Counted from the stretch's first letter, positions 52,724 to 63,066 are shown. The stretch is DNA of 64,000 bases from a virus (IMGVR_UViG_2974730439_000001:1-64000); one strand, 5' to 3'. Notes: generated by a model not told the origin, from the sequence alone. A program made the numbers and translations.

Positions 52724-54721
52724 ATGCAAATACGTGGAAAAGCGGTATTTGTATTCGATATCGAAGTATTTCAAAACATCTTTCATTGTTCTGTAAAAGA
52801 CACAGAAACAAATACTATTTATAAATTTGAAATATCAGAAAGAAAAAATCAACTAAGAGAATTAGTTAAATTCTTTAAACAGGTAAATAAGTATATTACT
52901 TGGGGAGAATATTATACTACAACTAGACAAATAGAATCTAATATTATATTCTGTGGTTATAATAATCTGCATTATGATAATCCAATAATCAATTATATAA
53001 TTGAATATGAGGATACTTTAATGAATCACAATGTATTTACTATTTGTAGTTCTATATTCAACTTAAGTAAGACTATTACTACTTCTAAGGAAGATAATAT
53101 AGATGCATGGAAGCATTGGAAATATCAAATATGGTTTGATACTTTTGATATTCTTACTATGTTATATTCTAATAAACTTAGAGTAGGTTTAAAGGAAATC
53201 CAAGTAACAATGCAATATCCTAATGTACAGGAATTTGTATGTGATTGGACTAAACCACTTCCTTTAGAAGATTTTGACTCTATGATAGATTATAATATCA
53301 ATGATATTGAATCTACTTCAGAATTATTAAATAGATGTAAGAAAGATGTTGATTTACGTATAGCTATTGAAGATGAATACGGAGTAAGAGTACTTAGTAA
53401 AGATGGTGTAAATATTGGAATGAAGATTTTAACTCAGAAATATCTTGAAAAAACAGGTTTAACCTGGTGGGATATAGAAGGTTTAAGATCTCCAATGGAT
53501 TATATTCCTTTAAAGGATGTGATATTGCCATTTATTAAATATGATAGCCCTATTCTAAATAGAGTACTAGAAGACATGAAAGATCAGATAGTATCTCCAG
53601 GTAGAAAAGGATATGAAAATAACTTTGTATTTGCAGGCTTACGTTATACTATAGGAGTAGGAGGAATTCATTCTAAAAATGATCCTGAGATAATTATTCC
53701 TAAAGAAGATGAAATGCTTATAGACATCGATGTCGCATCTCTATACCCAAGTATGTTAATTGAATATGGGTTCTATCCTAAACATTTAGGACCTGAATTT
53801 CTAGAAGTATATTCTCAAATTAAAAATGAGAGAATAGAAGCAAAACATAATGGAGATAAGGTAAAGAATGAGACATTAAAGTTAGCTCTAAATGGTTTAT
53901 CAGGAAATCTACAAAATGAACATAACTTTTGTTATAGTCCTGAAGCTGTAATGAAAATCAGAATTAATGGACAGTTATTATTACTTATGTTAGCTGAAAA
54001 GCTAACGCAAGTAGGATGCCGAATCATCCAAGCTAATACAGATGGTTTATTTGTATTACTTAAGAAAGATAACTATCAACAGGTTAACACTATTTGTAGA
54101 AATTGGGAACAACTTACTAAACTTACTCTTGAAGAAGAGCGTTTTGAAGCTATGTATCAATATGCTATTAATGATTATATAGCAGTTAAAGAAGGATACC
54201 AAAAAACTAAAAATCCTGATTTAATTAAAACAAAAGGAATGTTTATTACTAAAGTATTATTAGGTAAAGGACTATCTGCAAAGATAATTCCTGAAGCTAT
54301 AATAAAATACTTTGTAGATGGTATACCAGTTGAACAAACTATTAAGGAATGTAAAGATATTAAAAAGTTTTTAATGTCTGAAAAAACTGGTAAACAATGG
54401 CATGTTGAATATATGAATGAGGAACAACAGAGAACTAATCGTTTCTATGCATCTACCAATGGTGGATACTTATGGAAATGGAAAGATACTGGTCACAAAG
54501 AAGGTGAAATTATAACATACACTGAGCCATATGTAGGAGAACATAAATATAAGGCTTCTGCAAGACAGTATCAGAATATGCTAACAGCATCTGGCGTTAC
54601 TCTTTTAAATAAATTTGATGATAAACCAATAGAAGAGCGTAAAATTAATTATAGATATTATCTTAGAGAAGCTCTTAAGATAATTGAAGAATTACAACCA
54701 AGACAATTAGAACTGTTTTAA
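52724..54721 (+). CDS. polB: Family B DNA polymerase
   Basis: Exo I FDIE, Exo II GYNNLHYD, Exo III YNINDI; DVASLYPS, KLALNGLSG, ANTDG. Confidence 0.93.
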   Translation: MQIRGKAVFVFDIEVFQNIFHCSVKDTETNTIYKFEISERKNQLRELVKFFKQVNKYITWGEYYTTTRQIESNIIFCGYNNLHYDNPIINYIIEYEDTLMNHNVFTICSSIFNLSKTITTSKEDNIDAWKHWKYQIWFDTFDILTMLYSNKLRVGLKEIQVTMQYPNVQEFVCDWTKPLPLEDFDSMIDYNINDIESTSELLNRCKKDVDLRIAIEDEYGVRVLSKDGVNIGMKILTQKYLEKTGLTWWDIEGLRSPMDYIPLKDVILPFIKYDSPILNRVLEDMKDQIVSPGRKGYENNFVFAGLRYTIGVGGIHSKNDPEIIIPKEDEMLIDIDVASLYPSMLIEYGFYPKHLGPEFLEVYSQIKNERIEAKHNGDKVKNETLKLALNGLSGNLQNEHNFCYSPEAVMKIRINGQLLLLMLAEKLTQVGCRIIQANTDGLFVLLKKDNYQQVNTICRNWEQLTKLTLEEERFEAMYQYAINDYIAVKEGYQKTKNPDLIKTKGMFITKVLLGKGLSAKIIPEAIIKYFVDGIPVEQTIKECKDIKKFLMSEKTGKQWHVEYMNEEQQRTNRFYASTNGGYLWKWKDTGHKEGEIITYTEPYVGEHKYKASARQYQNMLTASGVTLLNKFDDKPIEERKINYRYYLREALKIIEELQPRQLELF

Positions 54722-54771
54722 CAGAATCTAACATATCGTATCAAATTCTTATAAAATTGTCATAAACTTTA

Positions 54772-55338
54772 ATGCTTATGATACTAGAATTAGATACATC
54801 TCTATTAAACAAATTTAGTATATCAATTAATCAATTAGTATTTATTAGCCTTGTATTGAATGATAATCAAATAAATAATCAAGACATTCATGAACTTCTC
54901 AGCCGAGTTAATGAAGAAGAAATACAAGACTTAATTCAACGTAACATTATCGTAGTTACTATTTCTGACGATAATAAAATTTATAGTCCTTCAAAAGAAC
55001 TACTTGATTTCATTAAAAAGAATGAACAGAGTATGTTTGACGAGTTCTATGAAGTATTTCCTATTTATGTAACAAGACCAGATGGAACTAGAGGTTTTCT
55101 TAGGTCTAACGTAAATAAATGTAGAAAAGAATATAACCGTATTATCGGTAAGTCTAAAGCTATGCATGAGCATATTCTATCCTGTTTAAAATATGAGATA
55201 GATGATAAGTTGCAGACAGGTAAAATAGGTTATATGAAAACTATGTGGAAATGGCTTACTCAACATGAGTGGGAATGTTACGAAGAGCAAATAAATGAAC
55301 AACAAAATGCAGAATTATATGGAGCAACAGTTATTTAA
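54772..55338 (+). CDS. Replication initiator/helicase-loader-like protein
   Basis: N-terminal wHTH-like region, FDEFYEVFP...KWL...W motif; overlaps helicase. Confidence 0.55.
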   Translation: MLMILELDTSLLNKFSISINQLVFISLVLNDNQINNQDIHELLSRVNEEEIQDLIQRNIIVVTISDDNKIYSPSKELLDFIKKNEQSMFDEFYEVFPIYVTRPDGTRGFLRSNVNKCRKEYNRIIGKSKAMHEHILSCLKYEIDDKLQTGKIGYMKTMWKWLTQHEWECYEEQINEQQNAELYGATVI

Positions 55339-56302
55339 GACACTACCGTATAAGACTATTGCTGAAGTAACTAATGAATCTGTTAGTTATATTCAAGCAA
55401 GAAAGGATAGAACTATTATTCCTCTTAAAACAAGATGGAAAAAGTTCAATAGAGTTTGTTGTGGAGGATTAGAACCAAACATGATTTTAACAATTGCAGG
55501 AGGTTCTGGATCTGGTAAATCAGCATTTGCAAATACGCTTGAAACTGATTTAATTGATCTTAATACAGATCAAGAAATTGTAATTTTAGATTTTTCGTTT
55601 GAGATGCTTAGTTATAGACAAATAGGTCGAAAACTGAGTAATCGATTAAGACGCACTACCTCGGAATTATATAGTGCAGAAGACAGTATAGATGATGCTA
55701 CATTTACTAAAGTAAAAGAAGAAGCAGAACGCATTAAGAAGTATCAGATATATTATATAGATACTCCCAGTACTGTTGAAAATATCGAAAAAACTATAGA
55801 TTATTTCCATGAAACAATAGCTAAAGATAAATGGCTAATTGTTATCCTAGATCATGCTTTATTGGTCGAAGGAGATACGGAACGTGGAACAATAGTAGAT
55901 TTACAGAAAATGTTTATTCGTAAAAAGAAATTATCTAATACGAGTATTATACAGATTTCACAGATGAATCGAAATATTGAATTGCCTGATCGTATAAATA
56001 ATCCATCTATGCATTTTCCGTTGCGTAGCGATTTAGCTGCATCAGATGCTATATTCCAAGCAAGTGACTATGTGATAGCATTATCACGTCCAGAATTACT
56101 TAATATTCAAAGTTATGGGGTCAATCGCTTACCTGTGAAGAATAAGGTATATCTACATTTTCTTAAAGTAAGAGATGCTGGAGAACCTTGTATATTAGAG
56201 TTTGACAATGAACTTAAATATGGTAATCTGATAGAAACTGAAGGAAATACTACTATGCAGCAAAATGTAGTATTTAACAATAAAAATAGGCTGAAATTAT
56301 GA
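55295..56302 (+). CDS. dnaB: DnaB-like replicative helicase
   Basis: GGSGSGKS, FSFEM, ILDH, SQMNR, SDLAASDAIFQASD, KVRD. Confidence 0.9.
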   Translation: MNNKMQNYMEQQLFKTLPYKTIAEVTNESVSYIQARKDRTIIPLKTRWKKFNRVCCGGLEPNMILTIAGGSGSGKSAFANTLETDLIDLNTDQEIVILDFSFEMLSYRQIGRKLSNRLRRTTSELYSAEDSIDDATFTKVKEEAERIKKYQIYYIDTPSTVENIEKTIDYFHETIAKDKWLIVILDHALLVEGDTERGTIVDLQKMFIRKKKLSNTSIIQISQMNRNIELPDRINNPSMHFPLRSDLAASDAIFQASDYVIALSRPELLNIQSYGVNRLPVKNKVYLHFLKVRDAGEPCILEFDNELKYGNLIETEGNTTMQQNVVFNNKNRLKL

Positions 56303-56847
56303 AAAAGACTTTTACAATAACTACTCCGAATGCAAAATGTGATCCGACTGGTGAATATAAGAATTATCTTTTGAAGCGTTTGCTTACTAGTTATCCAGAA
56401 TTAGTTATTGACGGTATTGATACTGAGGAAACTCCGTTTAGTTATCAGTACATTGGCCCGAACAACAAGATACGTTTTGGTGCTGATTTATTTTCAAAGT
56501 GTGACGTTGCTAAGTATGTGGATTGCAAATATTGCCCATATGCTACACCATATTATCCTGCTGAAAAAGTGGAAAATTATAATTTAGCAACACAGTTTGC
56601 TCTTGCAATGAAACGTTTAGACGATTATGCAAAAGCAAAACGTAATTATAAACCTCTGTACGATTTTCGATTAGCAGATGGAACTCCTGTTAAGGAGTAT
56701 GGAAATTTCATCCAGGTTGGTTATAAACTAATTCCGAAGTACGATCTTAGTTATTTTAACACAATCAACGATGAAGAAAAAACTATCATTAATAACATTA
56801 TTATTATGATTAATAATACTGAAATTAATGCAGAACTTAATATCTAA
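56299..56847 (+). CDS. Hypothetical protein
   Basis: 182-aa ORF. Confidence 0.7.
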   Translation: MKKTFTITTPNAKCDPTGEYKNYLLKRLLTSYPELVIDGIDTEETPFSYQYIGPNNKIRFGADLFSKCDVAKYVDCKYCPYATPYYPAEKVENYNLATQFALAMKRLDDYAKAKRNYKPLYDFRLADGTPVKEYGNFIQVGYKLIPKYDLSYFNTINDEEKTIINNIIIMINNTEINAELNI

Positions 56848-56930
56848 TAACTTTTACTTTACATAATACAAATTTTAACATAATTTATCATAGACTATCA
56901 TATCGAGTAAAGTAGTATAACCTATTTAAT

Positions 56931-57671
56931 ATGTTAATACTACCAACTGAAAAAAATATACCAAAAGTACAAAATCCTAGATTTTTAATACTTTTTGGAA
57001 AACCTAAAGCTGGTAAAACAACATTACTTTCTATGCTTGAAGGATGTCTTATAATAGACTTAGAAGGAGGTTCAGAATTTCTTGAAGCTCTTTCTATTCA
57101 AGCAAGAAGTGTAAGTGATTTAGGAGAAATTGCTAACCTAATACGTCAAAAAATTACTGAGACAGGTAAGAAGCCTTATAAGTATATTGCAATTGATAAT
57201 GCAACACGCTTAGAAGAGATATGTTTACCATATGCTGCTACACTTTATAGGCAAACTCCTATGGGGAAAACCTTTAAAGGAGATGATGTAAGACAGCTTC
57301 CCAACGGATCTGGATATCTATATCTTCGAGAAGCAGTAAAGAAAGTAATTTTTATGTTTAAAGAGTTATGCGATAACTTTATTCTTATTGGTCATACTAA
57401 AGATAAGATGATTAATAAGGATGGTGAAGAGCTTACAGAAATGGCAATAGATTTAGTTGGAAGACTAGGTGATATTGTTTGTGGTGAAGCAGATGCTGTA
57501 GGTTATGTCTATCGAAAAAAGAATGAAACTCATATTTCATTTGAAGGTGGAGATAACTCAGTACGCGAAGCAAGAGCTCCTCATTTAAGAGGAAAAAACA
57601 TAGTAATTGCAGAAAGTAATGAAAACAATGAGATTACTACTCATTGGGAAAGAATTTATTTACCAGAATAA
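56931..57671 (+). CDS. Sak4-like/AAA_24 ATPase (single-strand annealing)
   Basis: GKPKAGKTT, IDLEGG, IAIDN, LIGH, ADAVGY. Confidence 0.8.
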   Translation: MLILPTEKNIPKVQNPRFLILFGKPKAGKTTLLSMLEGCLIIDLEGGSEFLEALSIQARSVSDLGEIANLIRQKITETGKKPYKYIAIDNATRLEEICLPYAATLYRQTPMGKTFKGDDVRQLPNGSGYLYLREAVKKVIFMFKELCDNFILIGHTKDKMINKDGEELTEMAIDLVGRLGDIVCGEADAVGYVYRKKNETHISFEGGDNSVREARAPHLRGKNIVIAESNENNEITTHWERIYLPE

Positions 57672-57683
57672 AAAGATTAAGAT

Positions 57684-58295
57684 ATGTATAGTAAAGAAAG
57701 AGCACAACAGATAACAAAAAATGACGTTAGATTTATTCCTGCAGGCATTCATGAGAATGTACAATTAAAAAGTGCACGTTTAGCAGAATCTCCTACAGGT
57801 AATAAGTTTCTTGAAATTGTCTTTGAAAAAGATGGGGCAACCTTAACTCAGACTGAGTGGAAACCTACGAAGTTTGAAGGTATGGACGAAGCAGCATTAC
57901 AGAAGAAAGAAGATACTCAATTTTCTCGTATGATGCAAATTTTGCTTTGTTTTTATAAAGATGAACAATTGATTTTCAATGGTTCTACATTTGAAGAGTT
58001 TGCTACGGAAGTAGTTAACTATTTAAATAATGCAGATAAGTCTAAGTTAGTAAGAGTAAAGATTGTATATAACAATAAAGGATATACTACTTTGCCTTCA
58101 TATGCAAAATATACATTTATTGAGCCTATGATCTTACCCGATGGTATGACTTCTGCAATTGCTAAATTAGGTATTGACAATTTTGAAAAGCCTATTGTAG
58201 CAGATGTAGAAACTCCTGTAGATACACTTGATAGTGTAATTAAGAATGAAACAACTTCATTTAATACAGGTAATTTGAACGATTTGCCATTTTAA
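57684..58295 (+). CDS. Single-stranded DNA-binding protein (Sak4 partner)
   Basis: IPAGIH N-terminus, C-terminal DLPF, position after Sak4-like gene. Confidence 0.65.
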   Translation: MYSKERAQQITKNDVRFIPAGIHENVQLKSARLAESPTGNKFLEIVFEKDGATLTQTEWKPTKFEGMDEAALQKKEDTQFSRMMQILLCFYKDEQLIFNGSTFEEFATEVVNYLNNADKSKLVRVKIVYNNKGYTTLPSYAKYTFIEPMILPDGMTSAIAKLGIDNFEKPIVADVETPVDTLDSVIKNETTSFNTGNLNDLPF

Positions 58296-58411
58296 TAAAT
58301 AAGGTTTAAATTAAATGCCTACGCTAGGCTAATATAGCGATACGAGAGTGTGAGTAGAGTCTAACGAAAGCACTCTCGTTTATTTTATGTCTAATTAAAA
58401 ATCAATTTAAA

Positions 58412-59560
58412 ATGCGTTTATCAAAATTCATAAACAAACATTTCTTTAATAAAGACATAGATACAGTAGATCCTAACTACACGATTGAAAATATCAATGT
58501 AGATAAAAAGCGTGACGAGCTTAAAGAAGGGGATGTAATCTATGCTGCCATTTCTACTACGATTAAAGAAAATGGTAAGAAAAAAAGATTGAATCAACGA
58601 AAGGATCTTTATATGCTTAAAGATTCCTATGGTAAATTTACTTTCGTCGACTATCTTGGTAATGAATATAAAACCTCTCTTACAGGTATTAAAATTATTA
58701 ATAGTTTAAGTAAGAAACTTAAAGAACAAGAAATAAATAATTTATTAGATACTTATGAAAGAGACCTAAAAGAAGCAGAAAGACTAAAGTATCTAGAGGA
58801 AAGTAAAAGTTTAGGATTCAATTTTACTGACCTAGAGCCAGAAGAGAAGTTACGTAGAACTGTCAAAGCTGGCATAAAGAATATATGGATGGTTGGTCCT
58901 GCCGGTTGCGGTAAGAGTACTATGGCTAGAAATATAGCAGAAGAGATGGAAATTCCATATCTATGTATTAGCTGTGGTATAGGGACATCAGCTACCGAGT
59001 TTATTGGTTATAAGTATCCGACGCGTGAATCTACTCGATTTGGAGAGTATTATGCGAAACCATCTATTATATTGATTGACGAGATAACGGCATTAGATCC
59101 AGCAGTTGCGCAAATTCTTAATGCAGCGTTAGCAAATGATGAAATTGAGACTACTACGGGCTTAGTTCATCGACATCCGAACTGTATTATTATTGCCACA
59201 AGTAATACATTTGGGTTTGGGTGTGATCGTCAATATGTGGCAAATAACCAATTAGATGCGTCTACTATAGACCGTTTTATTGGCGGTATTGTAGAAGTTA
59301 CGTATTCTGCTAAGTATGAAAGTCAGTATGATTCTGAAGTAGTAGATTATATAAATACTTTACGTAGATTTGCTAAAGAAACAAATTTACGTAAGGTAAT
59401 ATCTACTCGTATGGTTCAAGCTGGTCATACTCTTAAGTATAATCACTTTATGGATTGGAAACAAAGACTAATTATAAATTGGTCTGAAAATGAGAGAAAG
59501 ACATTAGAACAATGGTTGGAGTCTAGTGATGAAACTCCTGCGAAAAAAAAATCTAGTTAG
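58412..59560 (+). CDS. MoxR/CbbQ-like AAA+ ATPase
   Basis: GPAGCGKS, ILIDEI, IATSNT, LDASTIDRF. Confidence 0.85.
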   Translation: MRLSKFINKHFFNKDIDTVDPNYTIENINVDKKRDELKEGDVIYAAISTTIKENGKKKRLNQRKDLYMLKDSYGKFTFVDYLGNEYKTSLTGIKIINSLSKKLKEQEINNLLDTYERDLKEAERLKYLEESKSLGFNFTDLEPEEKLRRTVKAGIKNIWMVGPAGCGKSTMARNIAEEMEIPYLCISCGIGTSATEFIGYKYPTRESTRFGEYYAKPSIILIDEITALDPAVAQILNAALANDEIETTTGLVHRHPNCIIIATSNTFGFGCDRQYVANNQLDASTIDRFIGGIVEVTYSAKYESQYDSEVVDYINTLRRFAKETNLRKVISTRMVQAGHTLKYNHFMDWKQRLIINWSENERKTLEQWLESSDETPAKKKSS

Positions 59561-59562
59561 TT

Positions 59563-60357
59563 ATGAAAGAATTATTATATAATTATGATAGCATTACAGA
59601 TTTTTACAATGATGCAATTACTCCTACTCCAGAAGGAAATTCTAATGATCTTAACACTCATTTAAAAACTGAAGAAAAAGATTTTAGAGGATTATCTATA
59701 GATGATATACAAAAGAGTAAGTATTGCTATCTTAAAGGTTTAGATGGTCTTAAAGAAATAGAATTAAATGTTGATTTAGGAGGTTCTAAACGTAGTTATA
59801 CTTATGACGAGTTTGATGGAGATGACATGAATTATGATAGATTACTTGAAGGTTTTCCAGCAATGAGAAAACGAGTAAAAACTCATGGAATAGGAAGTGG
59901 ACGTCTTATAAACGTATATGTAGTAATATCTGAAAATTGCAACATAGGTTATAAAGAAATGCTTAATAAAGCCTATACAGCTATACAAATTGTAGATATG
60001 CTTGAAAATATAGGATATAGAGTTGCAATATATGCATGTGATTCTACCAGAGATGCTTATGGTAGCTGGAGAGAAGAAACAGGTGTAATATATGAAGTAC
60101 GTGTATGTTTAAAGAAACATGAAGATTCTATGAATAAAGGATTAATATTAAATGGTATTAGTCCTTGGTTTTTTCGTTATTATATGTTTGCTCATCAAAA
60201 AGGTCATTACAAAAATGGCTGGGGAATGGGGCATGCTATACCACTTAATATAGAGCAAACAAAAGAAAATATAGTAATTAATCATGGTCAGTGTTTATCT
60301 AAAGAATCTGCTGATGCAAAATTGAAACAAATTGAAGAATTATTCAAGGTAGATTAG
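59563..60357 (+). CDS. Probable VWA-like partner of the MoxR ATPase
   Basis: Adjacent to MoxR gene; alpha/beta pattern, degenerate MIDAS. Confidence 0.55.
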   Translation: MKELLYNYDSITDFYNDAITPTPEGNSNDLNTHLKTEEKDFRGLSIDDIQKSKYCYLKGLDGLKEIELNVDLGGSKRSYTYDEFDGDDMNYDRLLEGFPAMRKRVKTHGIGSGRLINVYVVISENCNIGYKEMLNKAYTAIQIVDMLENIGYRVAIYACDSTRDAYGSWREETGVIYEVRVCLKKHEDSMNKGLILNGISPWFFRYYMFAHQKGHYKNGWGMGHAIPLNIEQTKENIVINHGQCLSKESADAKLKQIEELFKVD

Positions 60358-60689
60358 AAACGTTAAGCCATAAAGAGCTATTATACTATTCCTAAAGTAT
60401 AATGATGAGATGTAATGAATGATAGGTGTAAGTCCTATGATACATATTTATCTTGACAGTTTAGGGAAAATTATAGTCTTTAATATTTTTTAAAGAATTT
60501 TATTGTTCTCTGCTTAACTATATGAGAATTCGAGCCTGAGTTGATGGTCAAGTTGCTCTTGAATATAGAACCAAGGGTTTTCTTTATTTTTAGTTAATCT
60601 ATGCAAACATAGAACTGTAAAAAATAATTTATTATATTAACAAACAATGACAAATTTTATCCTATAGTGTGAGAGCCTATAGGATATAC

Positions 60690-60749
60690 GGAATGTTCTT
60701 TAGAAAAGGAAAGATACTAATGTAGTGGGTTCGATTCCCACACATTCCA
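60690..60749 (+). ncRNA. 60-nt tRNA mimic lacking a real anticodon arm
   Basis: Perfect acceptor GGAATGT/ACATTCC-A, T arm GTGGG-TTCGATT-CCCAC, D arm CTTT/AAAG, stub TAC-TAAT-GTA. Confidence 0.7.
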
Positions 60750-60767
60750 CAATAAAAATCATATATT

Positions 60768-61775
60768 ATGTATGACAAAAGAAGGGTTAAAACCCCTACT
60801 AATATTACTTTAGATTATATCTTATCTAAAGTAACGGAGTATGATATATATACTCATTATCTTGGACAATTTAAAGTAGGCGCTATTTATAATAGTCCAT
60901 TCCGTAAGGATAATAATCCTTCTTTTGGAATATACTATAGTAAGCGTACAAAACAACTTTTGTTCAAAGATCATGGAACAGGAGAATGTGGTAATATAGT
61001 TAAATTTGTATCATTATACACAGGTTTAACAAATTATAACGATATACTACAAGATATAGTAGATAAGTTAAATATTACTACTTCAACTAAGCTCGATAGC
61101 TCTAAGCAATACATACCTTCTTCTGAGACTGTAATTGGTGTAGTAAGACAAAACTTTACTCTAACAGACATCAATTACTGGTCTCAGTTTCATATTTCAA
61201 AGGAAACATTAAAGAAATATAACGTTAATAGTATTAAATATTATTTATGCAATGGTATAGTTAAAGGCATTTATAAACCTGAAAATCCTATGTATGCTTA
61301 TAAAGTGTATAATAACTTTAAGATATACAGACCATTAGCAGATAAATATACTAAATGGAGAAACAATCTTACAGAGTATGACATACAAGGTTATGCTCAA
61401 TTGCCTAAGAAAGGTAATGTACTCTTTATTACTAAGAGTATGAAAGATGTAATGTGTCTTCATGAAATGGGTTATACGGCAATATCGCCTTCTTCAGAAA
61501 GTACATTCATTCCATTAGATATCTTAGAACAGCTTAAGAGACGTTTTAAGCGTATTATAATACTATTTGATAGAGATGTAGCTGGAGTAAAAAATAGTCG
61601 TAAATTAAGCCTTAAACATGGCTTAGATGCAATGTTTGTCCATAAGAAATTTAATGCAAAAGATATATCTGATGCAGTTAAGTTAAATGGATTTGATAAA
61701 GTTAAAAAATGGTTAAATGAAACGATTAACAAAGAAAAAAGGTTAGAAGAAAGTACGAAATGCAACTCCAAATGA
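60768..61775 (+). CDS. dnaG: DNA primase (DnaG-like, TOPRIM)
   Basis: SPFRKDNNPSF, FKDHG, ITKSMKDV, LFDRDVAG, KDISD. Confidence 0.85.
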   Translation: MYDKRRVKTPTNITLDYILSKVTEYDIYTHYLGQFKVGAIYNSPFRKDNNPSFGIYYSKRTKQLLFKDHGTGECGNIVKFVSLYTGLTNYNDILQDIVDKLNITTSTKLDSSKQYIPSSETVIGVVRQNFTLTDINYWSQFHISKETLKKYNVNSIKYYLCNGIVKGIYKPENPMYAYKVYNNFKIYRPLADKYTKWRNNLTEYDIQGYAQLPKKGNVLFITKSMKDVMCLHEMGYTAISPSSESTFIPLDILEQLKRRFKRIIILFDRDVAGVKNSRKLSLKHGLDAMFVHKKFNAKDISDAVKLNGFDKVKKWLNETINKEKRLEESTKCNSK

Positions 61776-62112
61776 ATACGACGGAATTAAATTTCGTAGT
61801 AAACTTGAAACCTATACATATAAGAAGCTGAAAGAAGCTAATATTCCAGCACAATATGAAGCAATACATTTTGAACTTATACCTAAGTTTGAATACAATG
61901 GTGAAAAGGTAAGAGCTATGACTTACTTACCTGATTTTGTTGGTAAAAATTTCATAATTGAATGTAAAGGACTAATGGGTGACTCATTTCCATTACGCTG
62001 GAAGATTTTTAAATATACTCTTATGAAGAGTAGAGCGAATTATAAGTTATACTTAGTTCGTAACCAAAAACAAGTCGATTCTATGATCGATGAATTAAAA
62101 ACTAAAAAATAA
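61717..62112 (+). CDS. PD-(D/E)xK endonuclease/Holliday junction resolvase-like, 131 aa, in-frame TAG at codon 10
   Basis: YDGIKFRSKLE...TYLPDF...IIECKG; no in-frame ATG/GTG/TTG between the TAG and the FRSKLE motif. Confidence 0.75.
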
Positions 62113-62118
62113 CAGATT

Positions 62119-63030
62119 ATGTCAGAATTTATAAAAGCAGGTAATAAGATCCTTAATAAACCTAATGGTTTTGATTATGATTTAATTAATGGTAAAGTAT
62201 ATAATCTTAAGTATGAACACTATGGAGTTGGTCCATATTTTGAAGAAGACGGATCTTTAAGTTTACCTAAGAAAGTATATACTACTAAAGATGACGATAT
62301 CTTTATTAAACGAGTAAATACTTATTTTGAAAAGACATCAAAGCTGTCCACTGGTGTTATGCTTAGTGGTGTTAAAGGTACTGGTAAAACAGTTATGGCA
62401 AAAGTAATTGCTAAAAATTCAAATTTACCAATTGTTGTAGTAGATGAAGATTTTCCTACAAGTCAGATTAATGACTTCTTTCGTAAGTTTAGTACTCCCG
62501 TAGCCGTTATTTTCGATGAGGTAGATAAGCATTGGGATACAGAAGACTTATTAGGTTGGCTTGATGGAGTACAAACAAATGCTAAGAAATTAGTATTATT
62601 TACATGTAACAATGAAGATCGAGTTAATGAGTATCTTAAAGACCGTTGTTCTCGTGTACGTTACACTCGTCATTTTGAGGCAAATGACAATGCTCGATTC
62701 TTAAAAGAAATTCTTAAGGATAAGGGTATTGCTGAGAATGAAATTGAATCTACTTATACATTTATCGTAAATAACTTTAATTTATTATCTATTGATAATA
62801 TTTTATCGTTTATTGATGAAAAATTAATGTTCCCTGGATTATCTAACGAATATCTCCTTAAAGACATGAATATTAGTTCAGATTCTGAATTAAGCGTTAA
62901 TAAGGAACCGAAGAATGTTGAATCTGGAAAGGATGAAGACGAAGACGAATATGATGAGGATGATAATAACGAGGAATATGATAATGAGGATGGATGGTTA
63001 CAATTAGTAGCCAATACGTTTTTAAACTAA
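62119..63030 (+). CDS. AAA ATPase
   Basis: GVKGTGKT, IFDEVDK, LDG, FTCN, DRCSR. Confidence 0.85.
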   Translation: MSEFIKAGNKILNKPNGFDYDLINGKVYNLKYEHYGVGPYFEEDGSLSLPKKVYTTKDDDIFIKRVNTYFEKTSKLSTGVMLSGVKGTGKTVMAKVIAKNSNLPIVVVDEDFPTSQINDFFRKFSTPVAVIFDEVDKHWDTEDLLGWLDGVQTNAKKLVLFTCNNEDRVNEYLKDRCSRVRYTRHFEANDNARFLKEILKDKGIAENEIESTYTFIVNNFNLLSIDNILSFIDEKLMFPGLSNEYLLKDMNISSDSELSVNKEPKNVESGKDEDEDEYDEDDNNEEYDNEDGWLQLVANTFLN

Positions 63031-63036
63031 AAAATA

Positions 63037-63060
63037 GGCTAGCAGAAATGCTAGCCTTTC
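63037..63060. terminator. Hairpin/terminator
   Basis: AGGCTAGCA-GAAA-TGCTAGCCT flanked by A- and short T-runs. Confidence 0.6.
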
Positions 63061-63066
63061 TATACT

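Noticed and set aside
28220-54721. Introns or inteins in terL or polB
   Set aside because: Both read continuously at normal length without intein or intron motifs
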